From the NCBI GenBank assembly GCA_963737155.1, contig CAVTRN010000002.1, forward strand, positions 1,184,001 through 1,248,000: a stretch of DNA of 64,000 nucleotides. Direction: 5' to 3'. Each line of letters begins with the position of its first letter. The first letter of the stretch is position 1. A model generated the notes under the pieces. It ran no database searches and was not told where the DNA came from. It worked only from the letters and a program-made list of their open reading frames with translations. The position numbers and the translations under genes are program-made. The DNA comes from Nitrospirota bacterium (lineage in GTDB: Bacteria > Nitrospirota > UBA9217). Shown here piece by piece: positions 41,708-50,505 of the stretch.

Positions 41708-42760
41708 TTAATACTGAGTAGCAGTATAAAAGATTATTGAACCCGATTTTATGCGGGTCATAGATAATGCACTGCCGGGGATTTTTGCTTGACGGAACAA
41801 CCTGTCAAAATCCTCCTGTGTACGCTGCAAAAAGCCATCCCAGTCAGCGAGCCAATGGTAGCCTTGCGACCGGTAACGGGTTGCATCCTTAAAAGCCGCG
41901 ATAAGCTTTCCCCCTGGGTTTAGCATCAGATAGAGAGTATTGAGCAGTTTCGCAAGAAAATCATCGGCCAGGTAATCGAAATATCCAACGCTGTAAATGA
42001 TATCTTGCATGCCGAATGCAGACACCGCGGTCTCGTAGTCGAACATTCTGAGGGCATTATATTGGATAAATTCAGCCCGATCTGACGAGAGGCCTGCATA
42101 GGATAAACGATTGAGGGCGAAATCGAGGGCTTCAGAATCTAAATCGATACATTTAATGTGGGCACCGGATTTTTCAATTTCCGGAACTATTTCATGCACC
42201 TCACGGCATGAGCCACAGGCGATATCGAGGATCTTCGGATGTTGTCTGCTCAGAAGCTCTGTTTTCAATAACTCAGCCAGCTTTTGCATTCTTTCTCGCA
42301 CCCCTACTGCAAGGGTTGTAGAAAGCATATATTTATCGAGATAGTATCCTATCCCTTCCGACGTCGGTGTATTCCTGTATAAGAATTCTATTGTTTTGTA
42401 GTCTCCCTGGTATCCTTGAGGCCATGTTCGGGCCCGATTTACACCGTAGCTTTTTGACATTATTGCGTCTGTCTTATCGCGGAAAGCAACCTGTGCAGCG
42501 CTGATTGCAGCTTTAATCCCGACGACCTTCTCGAATTGTTCACAAACCTGAAGCATTGACTCATTGAGCGTTGTAAGGTCCTGCATGATACTATCAGGGT
42601 CTTCTTCTGGCTTATTGCATCTCCGTTCGATGTCACGAAGTGCATCCATATACTGGTCCGTCGTCGCTTCTAGATAAGCGATATGTTTTTCGCTTTCCTC
42701 TCCGACAAGCAAAGTGTTTTCTTTAATGTCTGCGTTTCCAAAACTCCATGAATCGACCAT
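41708..42760 (-). CDS. Class I SAM-dependent methyltransferase, PhcB-like
   Basis: RARTWPQGYQGDYKTIEFLY segment, SAM motif ILDIACGSCRE, CIDLD, DIIYSVGYFDYL, LNPGG, W....RT. PhcB similarity is from recalled family motifs. Confidence 0.8.
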   Translation of the reverse strand: MVDSWSFGNADIKENTLLVGEESEKHIAYLEATTDQYMDALRDIERRCNKPEEDPDSIMQDLTTLNESMLQVCEQFEKVVGIKAAISAAQVAFRDKTDAIMSKSYGVNRARTWPQGYQGDYKTIEFLYRNTPTSEGIGYYLDKYMLSTTLAVGVRERMQKLAELLKTELLSRQHPKILDIACGSCREVHEIVPEIEKSGAHIKCIDLDSEALDFALNRLSYAGLSSDRAEFIQYNALRMFDYETAVSAFGMQDIIYSVGYFDYLADDFLAKLLNTLYLMLNPGGKLIAAFKDATRYRSQGYHWLADWDGFLQRTQEDFDRLFRQAKIPGSALSMTRIKSGSIIFYTATQY

Positions 42761-42813
42761 CGCATCCTCCTGGCAGCAAAATAGGAATGGATAAACAGAA
42801 CACGGTTACCGCA

Positions 42814-42840
42814 AAATAATGCATGAAATCATGCTTATTT
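42814..42840. promoter_or_regulatory. Palindromic operator-like site upstream of the methyltransferase
   Basis: AAATAA-T-GCATGA-AA-TCATGC-TTATTT. Confidence 0.4.
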
Positions 42841-43021
42841 GTGAAATCTAGTTCGGGATAATCATTTTTTTACTATAAATATTTCCAAATCGCTTCAGTG
42901 ACTAGAGAAATATGAAATGTTTTATAGATATCCGAACATCACGGAACGTCAAGATTGCAAGATTCAATTGTTTGTGAGAATAAAGCGGAAACTTTACCTT
43001 ACATCCTGCTACGTTTCGCAT

Positions 43022-43050
43022 AGATTAATATAAACTCATATTCATGTCAA
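43022..43050 (-). promoter_or_regulatory. sigma70 promoter candidate for the methyltransferase
   Basis: Minus strand reads TTGACA-17 nt-TAATCT within an AT-rich intergenic region. Confidence 0.45.
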
Positions 43051-43366
43051 GAAACAAAATGAATAACTTCTATAACATGATACTTAGGTAGTAAATTATA
43101 ACATTAATTGTGATTTATTAACATTAGCATATCGACTTACCGTTTTGAAAACGTGAAAAAACACTACCAGGGATAAAATGTAATTTATTTCAGGCAAATC
43201 TTCCTTCTATTCCATCAAGTAACGGTTCGAATAAAGAATAATATAATTTCCACTTAAGGCAATGCAATGCCAGTAACATTGCACGCTATGGAGTTTAATC
43301 CAGCTGTCGCAAAGCCGATGGTCATGACTTATGGCTCGAATGATAACGGATCGTCTCCAACATCAT

Positions 43367-45562
43367 TTACTCGGAAAAGCGGCCTAGGCTGGTGAGTGGT
43401 TCACGCGGGGAGAGCTTGCCCATTTCGACTTTCCGCAGCATACCATTTTCCCCATGAAAAAAAACGGTCAGGGAAGACGCTCCAACGGGCCAGCGGCCTT
43501 TCGCCACGTTTACTGGTTCTGATCCTTCAAAGGCAAGGTAACTGTACTTGTGATAATGAGCGAGCTTGTTCGCAAGGCCGATCAGCGAGAGGGGATTGTC
43601 TGAGGCGATCAGGCTCAGCGGCATGTTACGATTTCCCGGGAATCGCGCCGTGAACACAAAAGAGTGGTTACTGTTCGGGATCGACGTTTTGCCGATTCGT
43701 ACTTGATTCGTGCTTAAGGTGACATCATACTCCGATACCGCCTGGATGGCATGTGCCGCGAAGCGGTTCTCCCATCCGATAACCGTTATAGCGCGGTCCG
43801 TCGGCAGTTCGATGAGATCGGTGTCTAGTTTCACCGTTGCCTCGTCTGGTCCCGATTGGGCCAGTGATTGCGCGAAAATCCGGTACGCACTGAGGAGGTC
43901 TCGATCAGCCTCCGTAGGAAGAATGATTAACATCTTTTTTGAGCCCAGAGCCTGTGATATGGCTGGGGGGATTTCTTCACGGCTGAGCCTCCTGAATAGA
44001 TCGAATTCGGGGTCAATGTCGAGTCTAAGCGGCTGTGCCGGAAGGGAGAGTTTCAGTTGCGCTATTTTACCGTCCATGCTGATCGTTGTCTGGAAAGCCT
44101 GCACCTGTCCCTTGAGCGTCACAGCAACAGGAATCCGCAGGTGATATGCGGCACCGGCCTGGACCTGTTCAATGGTAGCGGAGAGAGAGAATCCACTCCC
44201 TTCTGCAATTTCGGAAGTCTTGCCCAGTTTCAACTGCGGCGCTCCTGTCCAGTTCACCCACTGATTGAATTCCGGTTTCAGGTCTTTCCCGGAAACGGCT
44301 TCGAACGTTGACCTGATGTCCTCGAAGGCGGCGTAATGAAATTTGTACTTCCTGTAAAATTCTTGGAGCCCCTTCTTAAATACGGGATCTCCTAGTTTAC
44401 TACGTAGCATGTGGAAAAACATGAGCGCCTTGCCATAGCCGATCGCTTCGGTGGATGGATCGTGTCTGAATCGGAATTGCGTAAGGGCGAAGTCCTTGCC
44501 GCCGCGCACATAATCGGCATATTTCTGCAGCGTATCAATGCGGAATTCGGTCCCACCGCCCTGCTGCTCACGCATGAGATGATCGGCAAGGTAGGCCGTG
44601 ATCCCCTCGGACCAGTTACCTTTTTCGTAGACAGGATACACGCTGTTGCCCCACCAATTGTGCAGGATCTCGTGGGGATAGGAAGTGTTGATGATAAAGG
44701 GCAAGCGGATGACTGTGGGACCCAATAGCGTGAACGAGGGCATGCCGAAGCCGGTTTCCCAGAAATTTTCGACAAGAGCGAATTTCTTATAAGGGTAGGG
44801 GCCTATGAAACCGCTATACATCGAGATATAGCGTTCCGTTGCATTGAGGTACTTGTTTGCCAGGTCTTTGTCGGGTGAACGCAGAAAGACCATGGCCTGG
44901 AGCGGGCCAAACGACCTTGTATACTGGGTAAATATCGCAGCAGCCAGGTAGATGGATTCCTGCGGTTCCGGCGATTTCCAGCGCACGAGGGTGGAGAGCG
45001 TGCCCCGGTCATGATGGGTGCACTCGCCCTGACTGACGGCATCCCACGACCCCGGCAGCTTGACGTCAAGATCGAATGTCAACAGCGTTGATCCGAAGTC
45101 AGGGTACCAGCCCGAGGCGCCCGATAGGTAAACGCCCGAATCGGATATCGTGCCAGGTGTGTCCTGAAATCCCTGCGCCTGTATCCCGCTTTGTATCTCC
45201 AGGGGATGGTTTATGACCCCTGCATAGGAAATCGTAAACGAATGGAGTCCAGGAGGTAGTATGACCCGATAGGACTCGAGCGGCACAGCCTCATCTCTGT
45301 TTCCCTCCTTCACGATGCGAACAAGGGGTGAAGAGGAGGTCGGGTTCAAACCGCTGTGCAGAAGGAAGACGGCCTCCTGGGGGAAATCTCCGGGAAAGGT
45401 AACGGAGTCCACGACCGTGATCCGATGTGCGGTAGGGGCAAGAATGATGCTCAGGTCATGGTGGATCAATTCAGATGCGCCGAGAGAATGAGGCAAAAAT
45501 GTAAGGAGAAAAAACAACGCAAGTATAATATATTTTATAATCATTGTTAATTGTCTCCTCAA
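43367..45562 (-). CDS. Secreted M1-family zinc aminopeptidase
   Basis: Signal peptide; PYPYKKF; GFGMP; HEILH...WSEG zinc motif; YGKALMFFHML. Confidence 0.88.
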   Translation of the reverse strand: MRRQLTMIIKYIILALFFLLTFLPHSLGASELIHHDLSIILAPTAHRITVVDSVTFPGDFPQEAVFLLHSGLNPTSSSPLVRIVKEGNRDEAVPLESYRVILPPGLHSFTISYAGVINHPLEIQSGIQAQGFQDTPGTISDSGVYLSGASGWYPDFGSTLLTFDLDVKLPGSWDAVSQGECTHHDRGTLSTLVRWKSPEPQESIYLAAAIFTQYTRSFGPLQAMVFLRSPDKDLANKYLNATERYISMYSGFIGPYPYKKFALVENFWETGFGMPSFTLLGPTVIRLPFIINTSYPHEILHNWWGNSVYPVYEKGNWSEGITAYLADHLMREQQGGGTEFRIDTLQKYADYVRGGKDFALTQFRFRHDPSTEAIGYGKALMFFHMLRSKLGDPVFKKGLQEFYRKYKFHYAAFEDIRSTFEAVSGKDLKPEFNQWVNWTGAPQLKLGKTSEIAEGSGFSLSATIEQVQAGAAYHLRIPVAVTLKGQVQAFQTTISMDGKIAQLKLSLPAQPLRLDIDPEFDLFRRLSREEIPPAISQALGSKKMLIILPTEADRDLLSAYRIFAQSLAQSGPDEATVKLDTDLIELPTDRAITVIGWENRFAAHAIQAVSEYDVTLSTNQVRIGKTSIPNSNHSFVFTARFPGNRNMPLSLIASDNPLSLIGLANKLAHYHKYSYLAFEGSEPVNVAKGRWPVGASSLTVFFHGENGMLRKVEMGKLSPREPLTSLGRFSE

Positions 45563-45605
45563 TGCGCAACTGCAGGCTTAGCCTGCGATCATAATAGTGA
45601 ACATG

Positions 45606-45960
45606 TCATAGCGATACAGAGGTGAGAGGGAGCGCGCCCCTCGACATTTCTGGCTTCAGTGGACTGGTGTCGAGCTGGAGGGTGGTAGAGGCAAAGATGA
45701 ACATATTTTTGGAGAAGAAAAACGAGTCAATGTGCGCCCGATGGTCTGTGCTGACCATGCGCTTGTCCGAACCGTCAACATTCATGTCCCGGATTTTGCC
45801 GGAGGTATATGCATTACGACGCGAATGGATAATGACCCTTTCCCCGTTCCATGAGAAAGAGGCTTTATCATGGTTGCTGTCAACGGTAAGCTGGATAACG
45901 TTCTTCATATAATGGTCGGTAATAGCGGGTTAAACCTGCCATGTGTCTTTCTTTTTGCGC
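45606..45960 (-). pseudogene. Truncated, decayed PD40/TolB-like beta-propeller gene
   Basis: KNVIQLT...ASFSWNG...MNVDGSDKRMVST resembles the N-terminus of PD40 proteins; ORF ends after ~100 aa. Confidence 0.55.
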
Positions 45961-46491
45961 TTGCGAAGCCCATTAGTAGGGCGATGCACGATATCGGGAC
46001 CAAGTCCTTCATATTCGCTCCTTTGCTCTCAGGATGGTTTAATTATAATCACTGAACTGGGCGAAGTAAAGCATAATGACAGATAACGGTTTCAATGTTC
46101 ATGTTCGACATGTTTGCCGAAAAAGTCGCGTTCCTGTTCTCCCGTCCGGATTTCCCTTTTTCCTGTGCCTCTTGGCGGAGAACACTTTGCAAGCCAATTA
46201 ACAGCGGACAAGATTAAGATTCTGGGTGTTTCTTTGGGGCTGCGAAATCGCACGCGGCGCACCACTTGCATTTCCCGACCCTAAGGGCCCGTCTAAACGT
46301 CTTGGCTTCGCAGTCGACATGACGGAGGAACTGGAAAGACCGTGAAGCTGTGAGGCTGATTCGTCTTGGTGTGGCTATGGTGTTTAGCAGTCAGTTTAAC
46401 TTGCAATTCTCTGTAGCTACAGGGTCACCGCATAGAGGGAAAAGTTTGAGAAACTGCAGGTTTCTCATGAGATAATCGTCTTCCTTTTTAT

Positions 46492-46523
46492 AAATACTTC
46501 GCAGCTTGCTGCGGGGAGGTTTA
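46492..46523 (+). repeat. IS200/IS605-type palindrome (single hairpin)
   Basis: AAATACTTCGCAGC-TT-GCTGCGGGGAGGTTTA after TTTTAT; similar to the hairpins at 55249 and 55347. Confidence 0.6.
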
Positions 46524-46950
46524 TTCCGCACATGACCGTTCCGGGCGAAAATGCCAATGAAGCGCCGATGAGAGTCCTAGGTATGGACCACCTGCAGGCC
46601 GAGAAGGAAGCCCTCATGTTCCTGGCCAGGATCGGTATCCTGAACAAGGAGGATGTTATTCAGCGATGCTTTCCGTGGGAGATCAGCTGTGTACCGCCAT
46701 TGATCGTTCTTGTTCTAACGCGGCAGGCCATGCCGTTTGACGAACCCACAGCTTTGCCCCGGAGACTGCAGGAGAGAGCTTGTCGGCTAAACGGGAATGG
46801 GTTTTGTGAGAGGAAATGACTGCAATCATTTCGACACTCGCGATGAGCTGCGCTCGCAAGGTTGCCAATCGGGTCATCGTTCTTGCCGATTGAACGATTC
46901 TCGAATCGGGCCCGCCAGAAGAGCTTTTTACAAACCCCATGCAGGAACAT
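46522..46950 (+). pseudogene. Polar amino-acid ABC transporter ATPase (GlnQ-like) pseudogene
   Basis: Fragments HMTV..EN..EAPMRVLG, FDEPT, ARKVANRVIVLAD*TILESGPPEELFTNP with stops and frameshifts. Confidence 0.75.
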
Positions 46951-47109
46951 AGATGATTATTCTGACCAGGGTGTTGAACCGGATATAAGAATCATTGGCG
47001 TTCATTTCGCACCATTATATTGGATATGCGTGATTTCTGACGATATGATATACTATTAAAATTGTTGGTGCCCGCGGCTTGAATACAGCGCTGCCGAAGA
47101 GGTTGATAA

Positions 47110-47796
47110 GTGAAAAAGATTCTCGTTTCCAATACGTTTAAATCGATGCTCAGGGAAATAAATTTCATGCAACGGACTGGCGTGAAGTTGTATAGTGCGA
47201 CGAGCAACGATGAGTTTCTCTCGGTCCACCGGTCTGAAAAAGTGGATATTATCATTTACTCCCTTGATGCATCGGGGGCAAAACCAGAGGACCTTTTTGC
47301 AGAGATCAGGAAGGATGTGGAGCTTCGCAAGGTCTCCCTGATAATGACTTGTCATGATAAAACAGCTGATAAGGCTCGCGCGGAAAGGTGCAGTCCTAAC
47401 GCGATTCTGACTCTGCCAGTGGATGTCCGGCGTCTAGTCGAAAAATTACAGCATTTTTTGAATATTCCCACCCGGGAATCGTATCGCGTTCTTCTGAGCG
47501 TGAGCATCAACGGTTACAGCAAGGACCAGGCTTTTTTCTGTCGCTCCGAGAACATCAGCGCAACGGGGCTTCTTCTAGAAACGGATCGAAGCCTGCAGGA
47601 AGGCGACCGGTTGACCTGCTCGTTCTTCCTTCCCAGATCTCAACAGATCACCGTTCCAGCTGAAGTAGTTAGGAAAATAGTTCAAGCCGACAAACCCGGA
47701 CCGAAGCGGTACGGCGTTAGGTTTGGAAAAATGAATATCGAGACCAGAAATGCGATAGAATCTTTCGTTCAGAAGAAGTCACGGAAGTCTGCCTAA
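47110..47796 (+). CDS. Degenerate receiver plus PilZ domain protein
   Basis: REC-like fold lacking the phospho-Asp pocket; PilZ motifs RESYR and NISATG; YGVRF. Confidence 0.8.
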   Translation: MKKILVSNTFKSMLREINFMQRTGVKLYSATSNDEFLSVHRSEKVDIIIYSLDASGAKPEDLFAEIRKDVELRKVSLIMTCHDKTADKARAERCSPNAILTLPVDVRRLVEKLQHFLNIPTRESYRVLLSVSINGYSKDQAFFCRSENISATGLLLETDRSLQEGDRLTCSFFLPRSQQITVPAEVVRKIVQADKPGPKRYGVRFGKMNIETRNAIESFVQKKSRKSA

Positions 47797-47901
47797 ACAA
47801 TTCAAATTTCCTCAATTCCCACTTTATCCACTCACAGGTAATTGGCGTTCTAATGCATCCTACATTGGTGCTGTGAATGGATGAAGGTTATACCCCTTTT
47901 C

Positions 47902-47930
47902 TTGACAGTCTGAAATGGCCGTGTTATAGT
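47902..47930 (+). promoter_or_regulatory. Near-consensus sigma70 promoter driving the riboswitch leader
   Basis: TTGACA-17 nt-TATAGT with an extended TG. Confidence 0.8.
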
Positions 47931-47949
47931 TAATACAGGATATAAATTA

Positions 47950-48037
47950 TCCCGATAATGCCAAACTCTCCGCAAGGCGAGGGCGGAAAGTTACGGGTCT
48001 TCTTTGTGGATTAGGAAGATGGCTGAACTGCCGAAGG
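47950..48037 (+). ncRNA. Cyclic di-GMP-I (GEMM-I) riboswitch aptamer
   Basis: CGAUAAUGCCAAAC, P2 with GCAA tetraloop, GGCGGAAAG, P3 (GGUCUUC/GAAGAU), CUGCCGAA. Confidence 0.85.
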
Positions 48038-48070
48038 ATTTAGAACGATTAAGGCAGTTCGGCCTTTTTT
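48021..48070 (+). terminator. Riboswitch expression-platform terminator
   Basis: GGCTGAACTGCC/GGCAGTTCGGCC stem plus T-tract; the 5' arm overlaps the aptamer. Confidence 0.85.
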
Positions 48071-48235
48071 GTTAGACTGACCGGAGGAGGGGTATGAAAA
48101 GGCTCGGCTTACCGGTGGGTAGGTTTATTGTGTTGTGAGAGCAGTGAGCGGAATGCTGGGCCGAAGAGGTTTTGGGTGTGCAACTAGGGAGGAAGAACCG
48201 GCTGAAGAATAGAGGACGCGGAGGAACGGCTCCAT

Positions 48236-48272
48236 ACCGGCTTTCGCTCCTAATCCGATGCCGGTTTTTTTA
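48236..48272 (+). terminator. Intrinsic terminator candidate
   Basis: ACCGGC...GCCGGT stem followed by TTTTTT. Confidence 0.55.
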
Positions 48273-48332
48273 TTATTGGCGAGTGAAGTGCCTTTCAGCA
48301 CACTAAAAGAAGAGGGGGAGGAGGCGATTGCC

Positions 48333-48767
48333 ATGAATGATACGAGAAAAACGGGTATATCGAGCATTACTGGTAAAATCGTTGTGATCAGGCATGCAAC
48401 TGACCGGGACCGGCTCATTATCGGTGATTATCTCATAAGCAATAATCCTGATACACGCACCGATGGTTCCGAAATCGCAGTTGCCTTGGAAAACGAGCGT
48501 ATCATCGGGTTCGGTATTCTGAAAAAAGAACGCGAAGGAGGATGTATCTCTCTATTCGAGGACAGCAGGCGAAAGGGCATTGGTTCTCCGATCGCAAAGC
48601 ACTTGATAAAATATTCAGGGCTGAAAAAAATGTATGCGGCTCGCAATGCCACCTATTTTACCCGGTCGAAACTCGCCCGAGGAAAACAGGCAAACATTTC
48701 ACGTCCGAGCAAAAAGGGTTTCCTGTGCAGAGTACCTTTGATGGAACCATTGTCCATGGCGGTCTGA
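48333..48767 (+). CDS. GNAT-like fold protein
   Basis: GGAGGAGG RBS; VIRHAT, VALENERIIGFG, RRKGIGS acetyl-CoA-loop-like motif. Confidence 0.6.
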   Translation: MNDTRKTGISSITGKIVVIRHATDRDRLIIGDYLISNNPDTRTDGSEIAVALENERIIGFGILKKEREGGCISLFEDSRRKGIGSPIAKHLIKYSGLKKMYAARNATYFTRSKLARGKQANISRPSKKGFLCRVPLMEPLSMAV

Positions 48768-48798
48768 TCAGCGTCGCGGCAAGATAAGGTGAGGGCAG

Positions 48799-49734
48799 AT
48801 GATGGGCCGCGTATATGATTGTATTATTATCGGGGCGGGGCCAGGCGGGTTGCAAGCCTCAATTTACCTGGGCCGGTACAACCGCGATGTGCTGATTCTT
48901 GACCGCAGCGGTGGAAGAACATGGCATGCACGGCATATCGAAAACGTCCTGACGCATAGTGAAATATCAGGGAGTGAAATAATCGAAAGGGGCTTGGAAC
49001 AGGCTCGGAGATTCAACGTACGTATCGAACGGAAACGCGTAATTTCGGTGCGGAAGGATGTTTTGTTCAACGTTACAACGGACAATGCCGAATCGTATGT
49101 CTCGCGCTATATCATTGTCTCATCAGGTGTTTATGACATTTTACCCCCAATTGAAAATATATTTCACTTCCTTGGCGTCAATTATTTTACCTGTGTTGAC
49201 TGTGATGGCTATAAGACCACGAATAAGAAGATCGTGGTCATGGGGGACCATATCCAGTCAGTAAACATCGCGCTTGCCATGAAGCAGATGTTTACCAGGG
49301 ATATTACCTTCATTCCTTATCGGCTGAGCCTTCCGGACGCGGCTGAGGTAGTGCTGAAGGAAGAAGGCATCAGGCTTGTTACGGACGAACCTGTGCGGAT
49401 TATCGGAGAGGTGAATATGGAGGCTCTCGAACTGATGAGCGGCGAGCGGATATCCTGTGAAGCGATCATGGCTTCCTTTGGCATTAAACTGAACGATGAA
49501 TTCCTCAGCCAGATAGCGTTGAAAAAGGATGCTGAGGGTTTTAAATACGTGGTCAACGCCTCCTACGAGTCATCCTTGCACGGACTCTATATCATAGGAC
49601 CTCTCAATACCGGCGAAGACCAGGTCATTATCGCGGCAGGTGAGGGGGCGGTGGCTGCCATTAATATCAATAAAGGGCTTCTAGAGGAAAATTACATTAA
49701 AGAAGAAGCCTCTTCGAGAGGGGGAAACACCTGA
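48799..49734 (+). CDS. NAD(P)/FAD-dependent oxidoreductase (TrxB-like)
   Basis: GAGPGG and FTCVDCDG CxxC; AAGEGAVAA. Confidence 0.85.
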   Translation: MMGRVYDCIIIGAGPGGLQASIYLGRYNRDVLILDRSGGRTWHARHIENVLTHSEISGSEIIERGLEQARRFNVRIERKRVISVRKDVLFNVTTDNAESYVSRYIIVSSGVYDILPPIENIFHFLGVNYFTCVDCDGYKTTNKKIVVMGDHIQSVNIALAMKQMFTRDITFIPYRLSLPDAAEVVLKEEGIRLVTDEPVRIIGEVNMEALELMSGERISCEAIMASFGIKLNDEFLSQIALKKDAEGFKYVVNASYESSLHGLYIIGPLNTGEDQVIIAAGEGAVAAININKGLLEENYIKEEASSRGGNT

Positions 49735-50049
49735 AGGAAGGGGTACATCATCTTTCACGCTGGGGAGGTTCCACTTGGATTTATTGAGTCGGCAAACACA
49801 AAGGCAGGGAATGTTATACATCGTGATTATGGCTATCGGAATAATGACTATTTGGATTTGAAAATCATTCATGCACTCCCTGGCTGAATCGTTGCCATAC
49901 ATGGTCAAATTGACCATACTAACTCACCACCTTTGGAGAGCAAACACCATAGTACTGCAGCATCTGATACTCTTGTTGTTGCTGCTCCACGCCGTCTTGG
50001 CTCCCGCGTGCTATAATTTTAACAAATACTGCAAGCATGGGAGGAGACC

Positions 50050-50505
50050 ATGCGTCGGAGCTTATATGAGAGCATTAACAATGAAGTCGAGCTGTACCGG
50101 CGTGCCCTTGTTTTTTTCGCAAAAGCCCGGGAATGGGAAGCATTCGAAAAGAAAGCAGGCATCCTGTTCGATTATCTGGAATCGACAGAACTGACGGTAT
50201 TGGAACGAAAATTTTATTCCATGTTCTTCTTGATCCTCGCTGTTCTTGTCGCCATTGTTATCGTAGCTCTAAAAGCGGATGAACGCTTTCTTCCCATGAT
50301 CATGCAGTATAAGGAATATGTTGCCTCGCTTGTTGCTTTTACAGGCTGTTACGAACTTTACTTCTACCTTAATTACCGCTTGTATGTTGAAGGCAAAATG
50401 TCGCGATACAAAAAGAGAAAGGAACAGTTTATCAGGAACATTGAAAACGACTTCAGGGAATTTACTATGGGATCCGGGAAAAAGGGGGAGAAGAATGGCC
50501 AATAG
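50050..50505 (+). CDS. Hypothetical two-TM membrane protein
   Basis: GGAGG RBS, two hydrophobic segments; overlaps the next gene start. Confidence 0.7.
   Translation: MRRSLYESINNEVELYRRALVFFAKAREWEAFEKKAGILFDYLESTELTVLERKFYSMFFLILAVLVAIVIVALKADERFLPMIMQYKEYVASLVAFTGCYELYFYLNYRLYVEGKMSRYKKRKEQFIRNIENDFREFTMGSGKKGEKNGQ

Noticed and set aside
43255-43356. Second GEMM-like riboswitch (AAGGCAA..., GTCGCAAAGCC)
   Set aside because: The elements are not contiguous, there is no proper GNRA-capped P2, and it points into the 3' end of a convergent gene.
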